A stretch of DNA of 14,945 bases from Promethearchaeota archaeon (GTDB lineage Archaea; Asgardarchaeota; Lokiarchaeia; Sigyniarchaeales; SOKP01), in NCBI GenBank assembly GCA_011364975.1, contig RDOE01000078.1, positions 1-14,945 on the forward strand, read 5' to 3'. A program made the translations under genes and the position numbers. The notes beneath the pieces are model-generated. The model saw nothing but the letters and a program-made list of their open reading frames with translations, was not told where the DNA came from and did no database searches. Below, in pieces: positions 1-8,184 of this stretch. Position 1 is the stretch's first letter; each line of letters opens with the position of its first letter.

Positions 1-1218
1 GGTGTTTATTAAATAATCTTTAAAATCTGTAACAATTTCAATAACTTCACTCTGTTTATAAAACTTTTTAATAATAAGTCCATTTTTCTCCAATGTATAT
101 TCGGAGTAATACCAATAAAAGATTACACTAATGACCAGAATTAGAAAGTTATTTACCAAATTAATCTGATTTCTATCTGTATATGTACCAATCATCGACC
201 CCGCTCCGGTAATCATCACAACCTGGCCTTCGAAGTAGATTATAGTAAACGCATAAAGGAAAAAAGCTAAATTATTTGGATTGAATAGGCGTATCTTATA
301 GACCTTACTTCCTAAACCTCTTAAAACCATAATTGCTGTGAAAATCATTAAAAGTATGTCAATAAATACTCGAAATGCATCAATTCCCACTACAGTAGAC
401 GCACTTCTAAAAGAATTAATAAAACTAAATGATCTATACCAAATAATTAACCAAATGAAGAAGTAAAATGCTGAGGAGAAAAGATTATATGATTTATTTT
501 TTTTGCTTTCTAAAAAAAGATGAATTAAACGATAAGATGTTAATAGTATAAGCAAATACATAGCAATATTCCAACCATTAAACCAGACTAAACTGGTATT
601 ATCTGGAGAAAAGTAATCGTAAAACGCAAAATAGGTCCCTACTTGTATTACAACCGGAAAGATTAAGGCAATTACTAAAAATAAAGTGCTAAATATTTGA
701 TTCCTTTCGGATTCTTCCTTAGGTTCTATAAATTTATCGTTAAACTTCATAGAAAGATTCTCAAACGGTTTTCTTAAGAAAAAAATCTGTGATAAGTTCC
801 ATCCAAAATAAATAATGATGTAAAAACTAGGAAGAATGAAATCCCATCCTATAAATTGAATTGGTAGTTGATTTGATTGACCAAATAAGAAATATAATAA
901 GATAATAATGAAGCTAATTCCTAATGAGCCAACAAAATATATTACTTTATATTTATTAAGGGGTTTTGTGAAAAGTTGAGGCTCTAATTTAGAAAAAGTA
1001 CCTAATAGCATTAGAATTATAAAACTTAACGAAAATGTAGTAGCTAAAAATAATCCAGCATCTCCTATGTTAACAATTGGCACAAAACTAAAGGATAGGA
1101 GAACTATTAATTCTATGATAAAAACAATTGTATATACTATATGACTTGGACTGAAAATTTTATGAAAATATTCTTCTAATTTCTGCTTAATTGCTAATTT
1201 TTTATTTTGAATTTCCAT
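1..1218 (-). CDS. Polytopic membrane protein of unknown function (>=406 aa, ~10 TM helices), 3' end beyond the left edge of the window
   Basis: Not in the ORF track. Manual translation from ATG at 1218-1216 (MEIQNKKLAIKQKLEEYFHKIFSPSHIVYTIVFIIELIVLLSFSF...) stays open to position 1 (...EIVTDFKDYLINT). About ten ~20-aa hydrophobic stretches. No family motif recognised. Confidence 0.88.
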   Translation of the reverse strand, partial: MEIQNKKLAIKQKLEEYFHKIFSPSHIVYTIVFIIELIVLLSFSFVPIVNIGDAGLFLATTFSLSFIILMLLGTFSKLEPQLFTKPLNKYKVIYFVGSLGISFIIILLYFLFGQSNQLPIQFIGWDFILPSFYIIIYFGWNLSQIFFLRKPFENLSMKFNDKFIEPKEESERNQIFSTLFLVIALIFPVVIQVGTYFAFYDYFSPDNTSLVWFNGWNIAMYLLILLTSYRLIHLFLESKKNKSYNLFSSAFYFFIWLIIWYRSFSFINSFRSASTVVGIDAFRVFIDILLMIFTAIMVLRGLGSKVYKIRLFNPNNLAFFLYAFTIIYFEGQVVMITGAGSMIGTYTDRNQINLVNNFLILVISVIFYWYYSEYTLEKNGLIIKKFYKQSEVIEIVTDFKDYLINT

Positions 1219-1316
1219 AATTTTCTTATTAAATTATAACTCAAATAAACTTTTTGCTTAATTGTACAATGTTAGATTTATGAATTTAGAGACTTTATTA
1301 GAAAAAACAACATAGA

Positions 1317-1324
1317 TTTAAATA
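1317..1324 (+). promoter_or_regulatory. Putative archaeal TATA box (TTTAAATA) for the beta-helix gene
   Basis: TTTAAATA 60 nt before the ATG at 1385, with A-rich sequence upstream. The same octamer occurs at 10977-10984 before the 11130 gene. Confidence 0.45.
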
Positions 1325-1384
1325 AATAAATTATTCATATTTTCTTATTAAATCCAATTTAATAATAAAAGAAAAGTTTTAAAA

Positions 1385-3244
1385 ATGAATACAATAAAAA
1401 AAAAAGCAGTTATTATACTTTCTATTTTTTGCTTTCTCCTACTCTCTAACTTTGGTTTAGTATTATATAAAGTAGATTCTGCTAATACTATTGATTTATC
1501 AAAAAGATTAACCGGAATGAAAACATCAGCAACTTATAATATTACTATAGATATTGATGATACTGATCCAACAAAAAATTGGGAAACTAGGAAAGCTGAA
1601 GGTGTTTGTACGGGTTCAGGGACTTCAATTAATCCTTATATTATCAGCAATCATCTCTTTAATATCACCGCAGGAGGAAATTGCTTAGTGATTTCAAACT
1701 CTCGTAAATTCTTTAGAGTTTTAGATTGCGACTTTATTACTACAGGACTTTCTGTAGCAATATATTTACAAAATGCTACAAATGGATTAGTAGAAGGTAA
1801 TCATATACTAAATATCTTTGCAGGTATGGCCATTGATAATTGTAGCAAGATTACATTTACTGATAATAATGTTACCTTATGTGGTATTGGTATAAGTGTG
1901 GCTGATTCAGATTCTCTAGATTTTAACTTAAACATTATAGATCAAACAGTAATTACTTTTGGAATTGATATTGATAATTGCGAAGAATGTACGTTTACTC
2001 AAAATACTGTTAGTGAAGGTGCAAGTGCAGGAATATACCTTGAAGGAAGTAATCAAATTACTTTCAATGGTAATATAATATTTAATAATACTAATGGAAT
2101 TTATAATCAGAATTCAAACTATACTGTGATAAACGGAAATACAGTTGGTCCAAATGATAATAATGGAATACATATCTATCAAAGCTATCATGGACAAATT
2201 AGTAGCAATACTGTAGATCTTAACGCCAATAATGGTATTGAATTACAAGAAAGTCATTTTTTCACTATCTCATCTAATTCTGCTAATAATAATACGTGGT
2301 GGGGTATTTATCTTCAATCATCAAGCCAATATAACAAAATCTCTCATAATGATCTTAATTTTAATGATGATGATGGGATTCATGGTACCTCATCTGAAAA
2401 TAATGAATTCATTGATAATACTTGTAATAATAATGATGGAAATGGTATTTATTTATCATCATGTGATTATTCTACAATTTCTGATAATATATGTAATAAT
2501 AACAATGAAGAAGGCATCTACACAACTGGTTCTGATCATTCTCTAATATCCAATAATATTGCGTTTAATAATACTCTTAATGGTATCCGTCTTAATTCTC
2601 AATTTAACTTAACGATTTTAAATAACCAAGCTTATCATAACTATCAGAATGGAATAAGGCTCTATAGTGTTGATCAATCAATTGTAGAAGGTAACAATGC
2701 TCATCATAACAGCTGGGATGGCTTAAGGATTAGAAACGGTTGCCAACAAAATATTATCAAAGAAAATTTAGCTCGCTATAACAATTTAAGCGGAATTTAC
2801 TTATACAGTACTGCTGACAACAATCTACTTTATAAAAATACAGCATCCTATAATATTGAGCATGGAATCTATTTATCGAGTGCTGATAACAATGTTATTA
2901 CCTCAAATATCGCTAATTCCAACACATTAAATGGAATACATCTTTTAAATAGCGTTGGTAATTCCATAATGAGTAATACCGCTAATAACAATAACAACGG
3001 AACATATCTGGATACAAGTAATAATAATATTATTTTCGGGAATAATTTAATTAATAACGATGTTTGTTATAATGAAACAGGCAGCACTGGAAACGTTTTC
3101 GAAGATAATATATGCTCTGCAGCAGGAGTTCCTACAGCACCCTTAGATCCATTTATTCTAGGATTGATTATTGGATTAATCATCGGTTTAGGGGCATTAG
3201 CAGCTGTTTTAGTTATATTCTTCCTTCGTGGAAGAAAAAAGTAA
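1385..3244 (+). CDS. Cell-surface right-handed parallel beta-helix (NosD/PbH1-repeat) protein with C-terminal TM anchor
   Basis: N-terminal KKK plus hydrophobic signal/anchor; GSGTxxNPYII motif; many ~22-23 aa repeats of the form NGIxLxxSxxNxIxxNxxxxN; many N-x-S/T sequons; C-terminal TM (FILGLIIGLIIGLGALAAVLVIFFL) plus basic tail RGRKK. Confidence 0.9.
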   Translation: MNTIKKKAVIILSIFCFLLLSNFGLVLYKVDSANTIDLSKRLTGMKTSATYNITIDIDDTDPTKNWETRKAEGVCTGSGTSINPYIISNHLFNITAGGNCLVISNSRKFFRVLDCDFITTGLSVAIYLQNATNGLVEGNHILNIFAGMAIDNCSKITFTDNNVTLCGIGISVADSDSLDFNLNIIDQTVITFGIDIDNCEECTFTQNTVSEGASAGIYLEGSNQITFNGNIIFNNTNGIYNQNSNYTVINGNTVGPNDNNGIHIYQSYHGQISSNTVDLNANNGIELQESHFFTISSNSANNNTWWGIYLQSSSQYNKISHNDLNFNDDDGIHGTSSENNEFIDNTCNNNDGNGIYLSSCDYSTISDNICNNNNEEGIYTTGSDHSLISNNIAFNNTLNGIRLNSQFNLTILNNQAYHNYQNGIRLYSVDQSIVEGNNAHHNSWDGLRIRNGCQQNIIKENLARYNNLSGIYLYSTADNNLLYKNTASYNIEHGIYLSSADNNVITSNIANSNTLNGIHLLNSVGNSIMSNTANNNNNGTYLDTSNNNIIFGNNLINNDVCYNETGSTGNVFEDNICSAAGVPTAPLDPFILGLIIGLIIGLGALAAVLVIFFLRGRKK

Positions 3245-3269
3245 TTTTTTTTTTAATTTTTTTATTTTT
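3245..3269 (+). terminator. Oligo-T archaeal-type terminator
   Basis: T10, T7 and T5 runs begin immediately after the TAA at 3242-3244. Confidence 0.7.
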
Positions 3270-3398
3270 AGTATAGTAAAACCTTATGGATTTGTATAAT
3301 TACATAAAATTCTTGCTATAATTCAATTTGGAGTAAGATCGCTTTTTTTTATATGAAAAAAATTTAAGTTTGAGTTAAATTTGCCTTGGAGAGGATTA

Positions 3399-3479
3399 AT
3401 GGAAATAAATGAAAAGCCAAATATTGAGTATGATGCACCAAAACTAAATAAAAAAATTGATAATTTCGCTATAGACTAA
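3399..3479 (+). CDS. Possible 26-aa small ORF (MEINEKPNIEYDAPKLNKKIDNFAID)
   Basis: ATG at 3399 and TAA at 3477-3479, preceded by purine-rich GGAGAGGA (3388-3395) and an A-run plus TTTAAG at about 3356-3368. Too short to be sure. Confidence 0.3.
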   Translation: MEINEKPNIEYDAPKLNKKIDNFAID

Positions 3480-3625
3480 TTTCTCAAATCTTGTAAAGTA
3501 TATTAAATATATATTCTTTCCTTGATTATAATTTAATACTTTAGACATTTTAGTCAACAAGCAAGATAATATTAAATAACTGAATCAAGGTTAGATCTAT
3601 ACTCTTACAAAAAAAGTGTTACTTT

Positions 3626-5860
3626 ATGAATACGAAAAAAAAAAACAGTTTTTACAAAGTTACAATATTATTAGTAATTATTGCTGGCTTTACAGCGTTC
3701 TCGATGAATTTGATTACAGTTACACCAGCCATACAGCAAAAAAATTTGAATAATCCCGAATCATCGCAATATATTCCTTCAGAAATTAGAGTAGCAATAT
3801 ATAATGAGCCTAATGTAACTAGACCTTCCTACACTGCTATAGGCATACTAACTAATAATTATAGTCTTATTGAATTAGCCTTGAATGGGGCAGGCTATCA
3901 AGTGTCTACTATCACCACCGAGCAAATTTACAACCATGAACTATTAACCTCCAATTATGATGTTTTCATCATGGCAGATAACCTTCCAAAAGTGAACATC
4001 ACTAATCAGGTAAAAGAATTTTGGCTTGGTGGAGGAGGACTCTTGACTTTTGATAGTGTAGCAGCCTATTTATGTTGGTCGGGTATCCTCTTTCCAGAAT
4101 CAGAGGGTAGTGATGGTTTTTCCGTGTATTGGAATAACCAAGCTCAAACATCAGCTAATATTAGTTTAAGACATCCTGTAACAAGAGGATATGATATAGG
4201 AGATACATTCACTTTTGGATCCAGTTATTCATGGTCCACTTTTGATTGGACTGCTTTAATGGGCTCATCGATTGCAAGCGATCTCTATCGCTTAGCTAAT
4301 CAACCTGGAGATTTGAATGATGTTACCGTTCTTGGGTATGATCCTTCAGATAGAGGTGGAAAACTTGTACATATTTTAACTACAGATGAACTCGATGCTG
4401 ATAATCTTTTAATTAACGCCGTTGCTTGGTTATGTCCTCAACCAAAAGGTAAAATTCTTTTTGATTTAAGTCATTCTTCTCGATTAGGCGTAGATAGCTG
4501 GGATGATCTCACAGCATACCCTGGTTATTACAAAACTTGGAGAAATTCTCTTGTTAGTAGAGGTTTTTTATTCGATAAGTTATACCCCTCATCAACAGAA
4601 AATTTCAGTTCATCTCGTCTTAATCCATATGATATGCTTATAATTGTAAGTCCCGATTTGAACTATAGTTCTAACGATCGGACTGCACTTACAAATTGGA
4701 TTAATAATGGAGGAAGCTTAGTTGTCTTAGGAGATAATCCGTTTCTCTCAGATTTTGCAATAACCAACGCTCGTATAAATTATTTATTGGATTCCTTTGA
4801 TATTCGTTTAAATACGACGGTAGGCATAAGTGGAACCCAGGACCTTAGCTCAGAAGAGCATCCAACAACAGAAGGATGTTCAATAGTTACTGCATATTCA
4901 GCAGGAACGGTTAACATATCAGGAGATGCTTTTGAAATATGGGGATATAGCACTAATGTCATAATAGCAGGCCAAGAATTAGGATCAGGACGATTGATGG
5001 TTATTGGTGATATGAATTGGTGTGCAGAAGGAAATATCGGAACGAATGATAATGAACAATTCGCAATTAATCTAGCGAATTGGTTGATTTCCTGGAATGC
5101 TGACATTTTAATATATACAGATGATCCATTTAGTGCAAATTTCTATAAATCACCTTTATGCCGAGCGTTAAATTCATTAAAAATCAACTTTTATCTGACA
5201 TTTTCTTCCAGCTATTTCAATTATTCGCTCACCAATGGTTCATGGGAACTTTTAATAATTAATTTAGTGAATTATGGATTTGCTAATAGTATTTTGGATA
5301 ATATTAAAAATTTTGTGGATACAGGAGGATACTTATTAATGTCCTCTTATGTGGTGTCTAGTAATCCTACTCATGAATTATGGGCTACGCTAGGTTTTGC
5401 TTACGCCTCAAATATGCCAGATAATGAACCTTTTTACATCTGGGATGATACACATACTATATTTAATAAACCGTTTGATTATGATGCAACATTATTTCAA
5501 CCATTCATTTTCTATAGTGATGATGGAGATCTATTAACTGTATACGATAATGCTACGGCTTTAGCAGGCTATACGGCATCTGAAGCAGAGGGTAATGCAA
5601 CTATCATTTTAAGAAATGATAAGCACACTCTTTACAACGGATACATAATTGATGAACTGAGCGGAGATAATGATTTTAATGGTTTTGAGGATAGGCTTGA
5701 ACTTTGGACAAATGAAATATTATTTATGCTTGATCAAGCGGGATTATTACCGGATGGTCAACCAGCAGCAGGTATTCCTGGATATGAGTTAATTACGATG
5801 CTAAGTGTTTTTGGAATAGTTACATGCTTCTTAATCATAACCAAACGCAAAAAAAATTAA
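3626..5860 (+). CDS. Cell-surface glycoprotein with three tandem class I glutamine amidotransferase-like (DUF4350/GIFT-like) domains and an IPGY-TM-basic (Loki-CTERM-type) sorting signal
   Basis: N-terminal signal/anchor. Repeated cores YDVFIM..VKEFWLGGGGLL, YDMLII..LTNWINNGGSLVVLGD and WELLII..IKNFVDTGGYLL. Domain 2 has ILFDxSH and GSGRLMVIGD..DNEQFAINLANWL. At least 12 N-x-S/T sequons. C-terminus GIPGYELITMLSVFGIVTCFLIITKRKKN. Confidence 0.85.
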   Translation: MNTKKKNSFYKVTILLVIIAGFTAFSMNLITVTPAIQQKNLNNPESSQYIPSEIRVAIYNEPNVTRPSYTAIGILTNNYSLIELALNGAGYQVSTITTEQIYNHELLTSNYDVFIMADNLPKVNITNQVKEFWLGGGGLLTFDSVAAYLCWSGILFPESEGSDGFSVYWNNQAQTSANISLRHPVTRGYDIGDTFTFGSSYSWSTFDWTALMGSSIASDLYRLANQPGDLNDVTVLGYDPSDRGGKLVHILTTDELDADNLLINAVAWLCPQPKGKILFDLSHSSRLGVDSWDDLTAYPGYYKTWRNSLVSRGFLFDKLYPSSTENFSSSRLNPYDMLIIVSPDLNYSSNDRTALTNWINNGGSLVVLGDNPFLSDFAITNARINYLLDSFDIRLNTTVGISGTQDLSSEEHPTTEGCSIVTAYSAGTVNISGDAFEIWGYSTNVIIAGQELGSGRLMVIGDMNWCAEGNIGTNDNEQFAINLANWLISWNADILIYTDDPFSANFYKSPLCRALNSLKINFYLTFSSSYFNYSLTNGSWELLIINLVNYGFANSILDNIKNFVDTGGYLLMSSYVVSSNPTHELWATLGFAYASNMPDNEPFYIWDDTHTIFNKPFDYDATLFQPFIFYSDDGDLLTVYDNATALAGYTASEAEGNATIILRNDKHTLYNGYIIDELSGDNDFNGFEDRLELWTNEILFMLDQAGLLPDGQPAAGIPGYELITMLSVFGIVTCFLIITKRKKN

Positions 5861-5861
5861 A

Positions 5862-5877
5862 TTTTCTTTTTTTTTTT
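5862..5877 (+). terminator. Oligo-T terminator
   Basis: TTTTC followed by T11 directly after the stop at 5858-5860. Confidence 0.7.
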
Positions 5878-5951
5878 AATTTCTTATTCTAATATTAATT
5901 TAGATTGATATTTTAAGCTCTTAATAAATATATAATCAAATTATACATTCT

Positions 5952-6689
5952 TTATATCCTTCCGATAACTCCTACATAGATAGTAGTTTCATTATAACCA
6001 TCTATATCTAATAATTTATTTAACTCATCATCATAAATTGCACCTATTGTACATGCCCCTAAATCTAGTGCTTCAGCAACTAAGTAAAAGTTTTGACCTA
6101 TATGCCCTGCATCCAAATAAATATATCTATAGCATCGCTGTAAATATTTCCATTTTGAACGGCTAATCACAGCAGTCCATATAAAATTAATCGCGGATAT
6201 ATATACCATTGTCTGACCCAAACACCCCTCAGTTACTTCTTGTCTAAAATCTCCAAGTTTCAACAATTCTAAAGAATGGTCCGGTATATTATAGTGATAC
6301 AATCCAGGATCTAATTCTTCTACATTATTGATCACAGGGTAAATTTCAATTGGATATAAACCTCCAGCAGATGGAACTGTACGAAAAGCGAATTGGGGAT
6401 ATTTTCGTGTTAATCCATTCATTCCAAATAATAATAAACTTAACTCCATCATGGACAAGGGCTCATTCTTAAATCTTCTGGTTGAATGTCTGGTTTGTAT
6501 TGTTTTCCAAAAACTTATTGAATTAGTAAATTTGGGAGTTGGTAAAGAAATATTTTTAACCACATTGGAGTAAATTTTATAGGTTTTAGGTTTCCTTGCC
6601 CAGTCCAAATAATGCTGCGGAAGCTTACCTCTTATATATTTTGACTTTTGCTGGAAATTGTCTCCATAATAGTTAATTTCTTTTTCCAT
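5952..6689 (-). CDS. SagB/ThcOx-family FMN-dependent dehydrogenase (nitroreductase superfamily)
   Basis: Family motifs RHSTRRF, RTVPSAGGLYPIEIY, GLYHY and YRYIYLDAGHIGQNFYLVAEALDLGACTIGAIYDD. Confidence 0.93.
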   Translation of the reverse strand: MEKEINYYGDNFQQKSKYIRGKLPQHYLDWARKPKTYKIYSNVVKNISLPTPKFTNSISFWKTIQTRHSTRRFKNEPLSMMELSLLLFGMNGLTRKYPQFAFRTVPSAGGLYPIEIYPVINNVEELDPGLYHYNIPDHSLELLKLGDFRQEVTEGCLGQTMVYISAINFIWTAVISRSKWKYLQRCYRYIYLDAGHIGQNFYLVAEALDLGACTIGAIYDDELNKLLDIDGYNETTIYVGVIGRI

Positions 6690-6711
6690 AAGTGCAATTG
6701 ATATCTCGAAA

Positions 6712-6719
6712 CATAAAAA
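6712..6719 (-). promoter_or_regulatory. Putative TATA box giving a leaderless or near-leaderless SagB-family transcript
   Basis: TTTTTATG on the minus strand about 22 nt before the ATG at 6689; no SD-like motif before that ATG. Confidence 0.35.
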
Positions 6720-6756
6720 CTTTAAAATAATAATTCAAAAGGCAATTAATTTTATT

Positions 6757-8172
6757 TCAATTTATTCTTATTCCTTGATTTTCAAGAGATTCTTGGACTT
6801 TGGGAATATTAACAGCTCGACATATTGTATTCTCTTTAATCGAGGTTGCTGCAGCTATGCCCGCACCTTGTCCAGTGGCTATACAACAAACCATCTGACG
6901 AGTAGCGGCATGAGATAACTTATCTCCTGCAACAGATCGACCTACTACAAGAAGATTTTCAACTTTTTTAGGGAGAATTATTCCATAGGGAATTTGAAAG
7001 TATCTACCTGTCGTAGGCATAATTACTGTACCGTATGCATCTAAAAATTCAGGACATACTCCTATAGAATCTTCAAAGCGAGCTTGGTTTTTAACATCAA
7101 ATTCAGTTATATTGTATTCACCAATTATTTTTCGGGATTCGCGAATACCTAATGATGAACTTATATTCTTTAGCCTTGATTTTTCAAAACCGGGAATTTT
7201 TTTTCTTAATGACTTAATTGTCTTTATAACTCGCCTTCTACCTTCTATTTCTGCTTTAGTTAGGTCAAGCACGTTTGTACAGTCTATTTTAGTTATATGG
7301 ATACCATTAAAAGAATGAATTGTGCCTAGGTTAGCATAACTCATCCAGATCTTATTTATTGGGATTTTCTCAGGGATATTCTCTCTTTTATTGGTTCTAT
7401 TTATTGGTTCTAAGAAACAAGTAAAATCATCCATATAAAAAATCTCTCCAGAGTGTTGGAAGTATGGAATGAATTGGGGTTTTTTATGCATTTTTTCTAA
7501 AAGATAAGATAAAAATTTTTCTAAATCAACACCACTACAACTAAAATTGGTCGTTACTGCCATTAATTTCTCTCTTTCATCATTTCTATATGGTACTCCC
7601 GCATGATATGCAATATCTGCATCTCCCGTTGCATCAATAACTCGTTTAGCCATGATCGCTTGCCTTCCCGATTTACTTTCAGTTATAATCCCTTTAATAG
7701 TGTTTCCATCCATTATAGTATCAACTGCTTGACAATGTAGTAAAGGGGTGACCCCAGCTTCTTGTATTAATTCATCAGCTACTACTTTAAATGTTTCAGT
7801 GTCTAATATCTCATAAGTAGGTACTCCATCAACTAATAGGCCTTCATTCTCCAAGAATCTTCCTATCTCTGTTGTTATTATTTCTTTATTAAAGGTATTA
7901 ATAGTTCCACTTAACTGCTTTGCCTTAAGTTCAAACTCCTTGATAATTCCTCCACAATCTATAGTTTTTGCATAGCGATACCAACTAAGAGTACCTATCA
8001 TTGTTTGAGTTATTACACCTCCAAAACAACCATAACGTTCCACTAATAGGGTATTAACTCCCTCTCTAGCAGCAGCAATAGAAGCAGCAAGACCAGCAGG
8101 TCCCCCTCCTACGACTAAGACATCTGTTTCTGTGATTATAGGTACCTTTTTTGGTGGTTCTATTATATAGAT
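6757..8172 (-). CDS. FAD-dependent oxidoreductase (FAD_oxidored-type family); true N-terminus lies upstream of the ORF-track start
   Basis: The frame stays open upstream of GTG 8043 to TGA 8181-8179 and encodes IYIIEPPKKVPIITETDVLVVGGGPAGLAASIAAAREGVNTLLVERYGCFGG (Rossmann GxGxxG). Internal motifs VIDATGDADIA, GIRESRKIIGEY, IPYGIILPKKVENLLVVGRSV and ATGQGAGIAAA. The start at 8172 (ATC) is inferred from SD spacing and is uncertain. Confidence 0.88.
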   Translation of the reverse strand: MYIIEPPKKVPIITETDVLVVGGGPAGLAASIAAAREGVNTLLVERYGCFGGVITQTMIGTLSWYRYAKTIDCGGIIKEFELKAKQLSGTINTFNKEIITTEIGRFLENEGLLVDGVPTYEILDTETFKVVADELIQEAGVTPLLHCQAVDTIMDGNTIKGIITESKSGRQAIMAKRVIDATGDADIAYHAGVPYRNDEREKLMAVTTNFSCSGVDLEKFLSYLLEKMHKKPQFIPYFQHSGEIFYMDDFTCFLEPINRTNKRENIPEKIPINKIWMSYANLGTIHSFNGIHITKIDCTNVLDLTKAEIEGRRRVIKTIKSLRKKIPGFEKSRLKNISSSLGIRESRKIIGEYNITEFDVKNQARFEDSIGVCPEFLDAYGTVIMPTTGRYFQIPYGIILPKKVENLLVVGRSVAGDKLSHAATRQMVCCIATGQGAGIAAATSIKENTICRAVNIPKVQESLENQGIRIN

Positions 8173-8178
8173 AATATT

Positions 8179-8184
8179 TCACCT
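8179..8184 (-). promoter_or_regulatory. Shine-Dalgarno-like AGGTGA upstream of the FAD oxidoreductase
   Basis: Minus strand reads GA-AGGTGA-AAT ATT ATC TAT. Matches the archaeal GGAGGTGA consensus and the GGGTGA before the 11130 gene. Confidence 0.55.

Noticed and set aside
2232-2546. 104-aa plus-strand ORF in the track
   Set aside because: Alternative frame inside the Asn-rich beta-helix gene; its Ile/Met richness is AAT/GAT codons read out of frame.
1385-3244. nosD of a nitrous oxide reductase operon
   Set aside because: Only the generic beta-helix repeat is shared; no nosZ/F/Y/L nearby.
3387-3396. TGGAGAGGAT also present on the minus strand near 13469-13478
   Set aside because: A single SD-like 10-mer match with no extension and no shared context.
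4780-5106. 108-aa minus-strand ORF
   Set aside because: Antisense shadow of the 744-aa surface protein; no motif.
5952-6689. Azole-RiPP (TOMM/LAP) gene cluster around the SagB-type gene
   Set aside because: No YcaO, E1-like scaffold, protease/exporter or Cys/Ser/Thr-rich precursor in the window.
7112-7318. 68-aa plus-strand ORF
   Set aside because: Antisense shadow of the FAD oxidoreductase.
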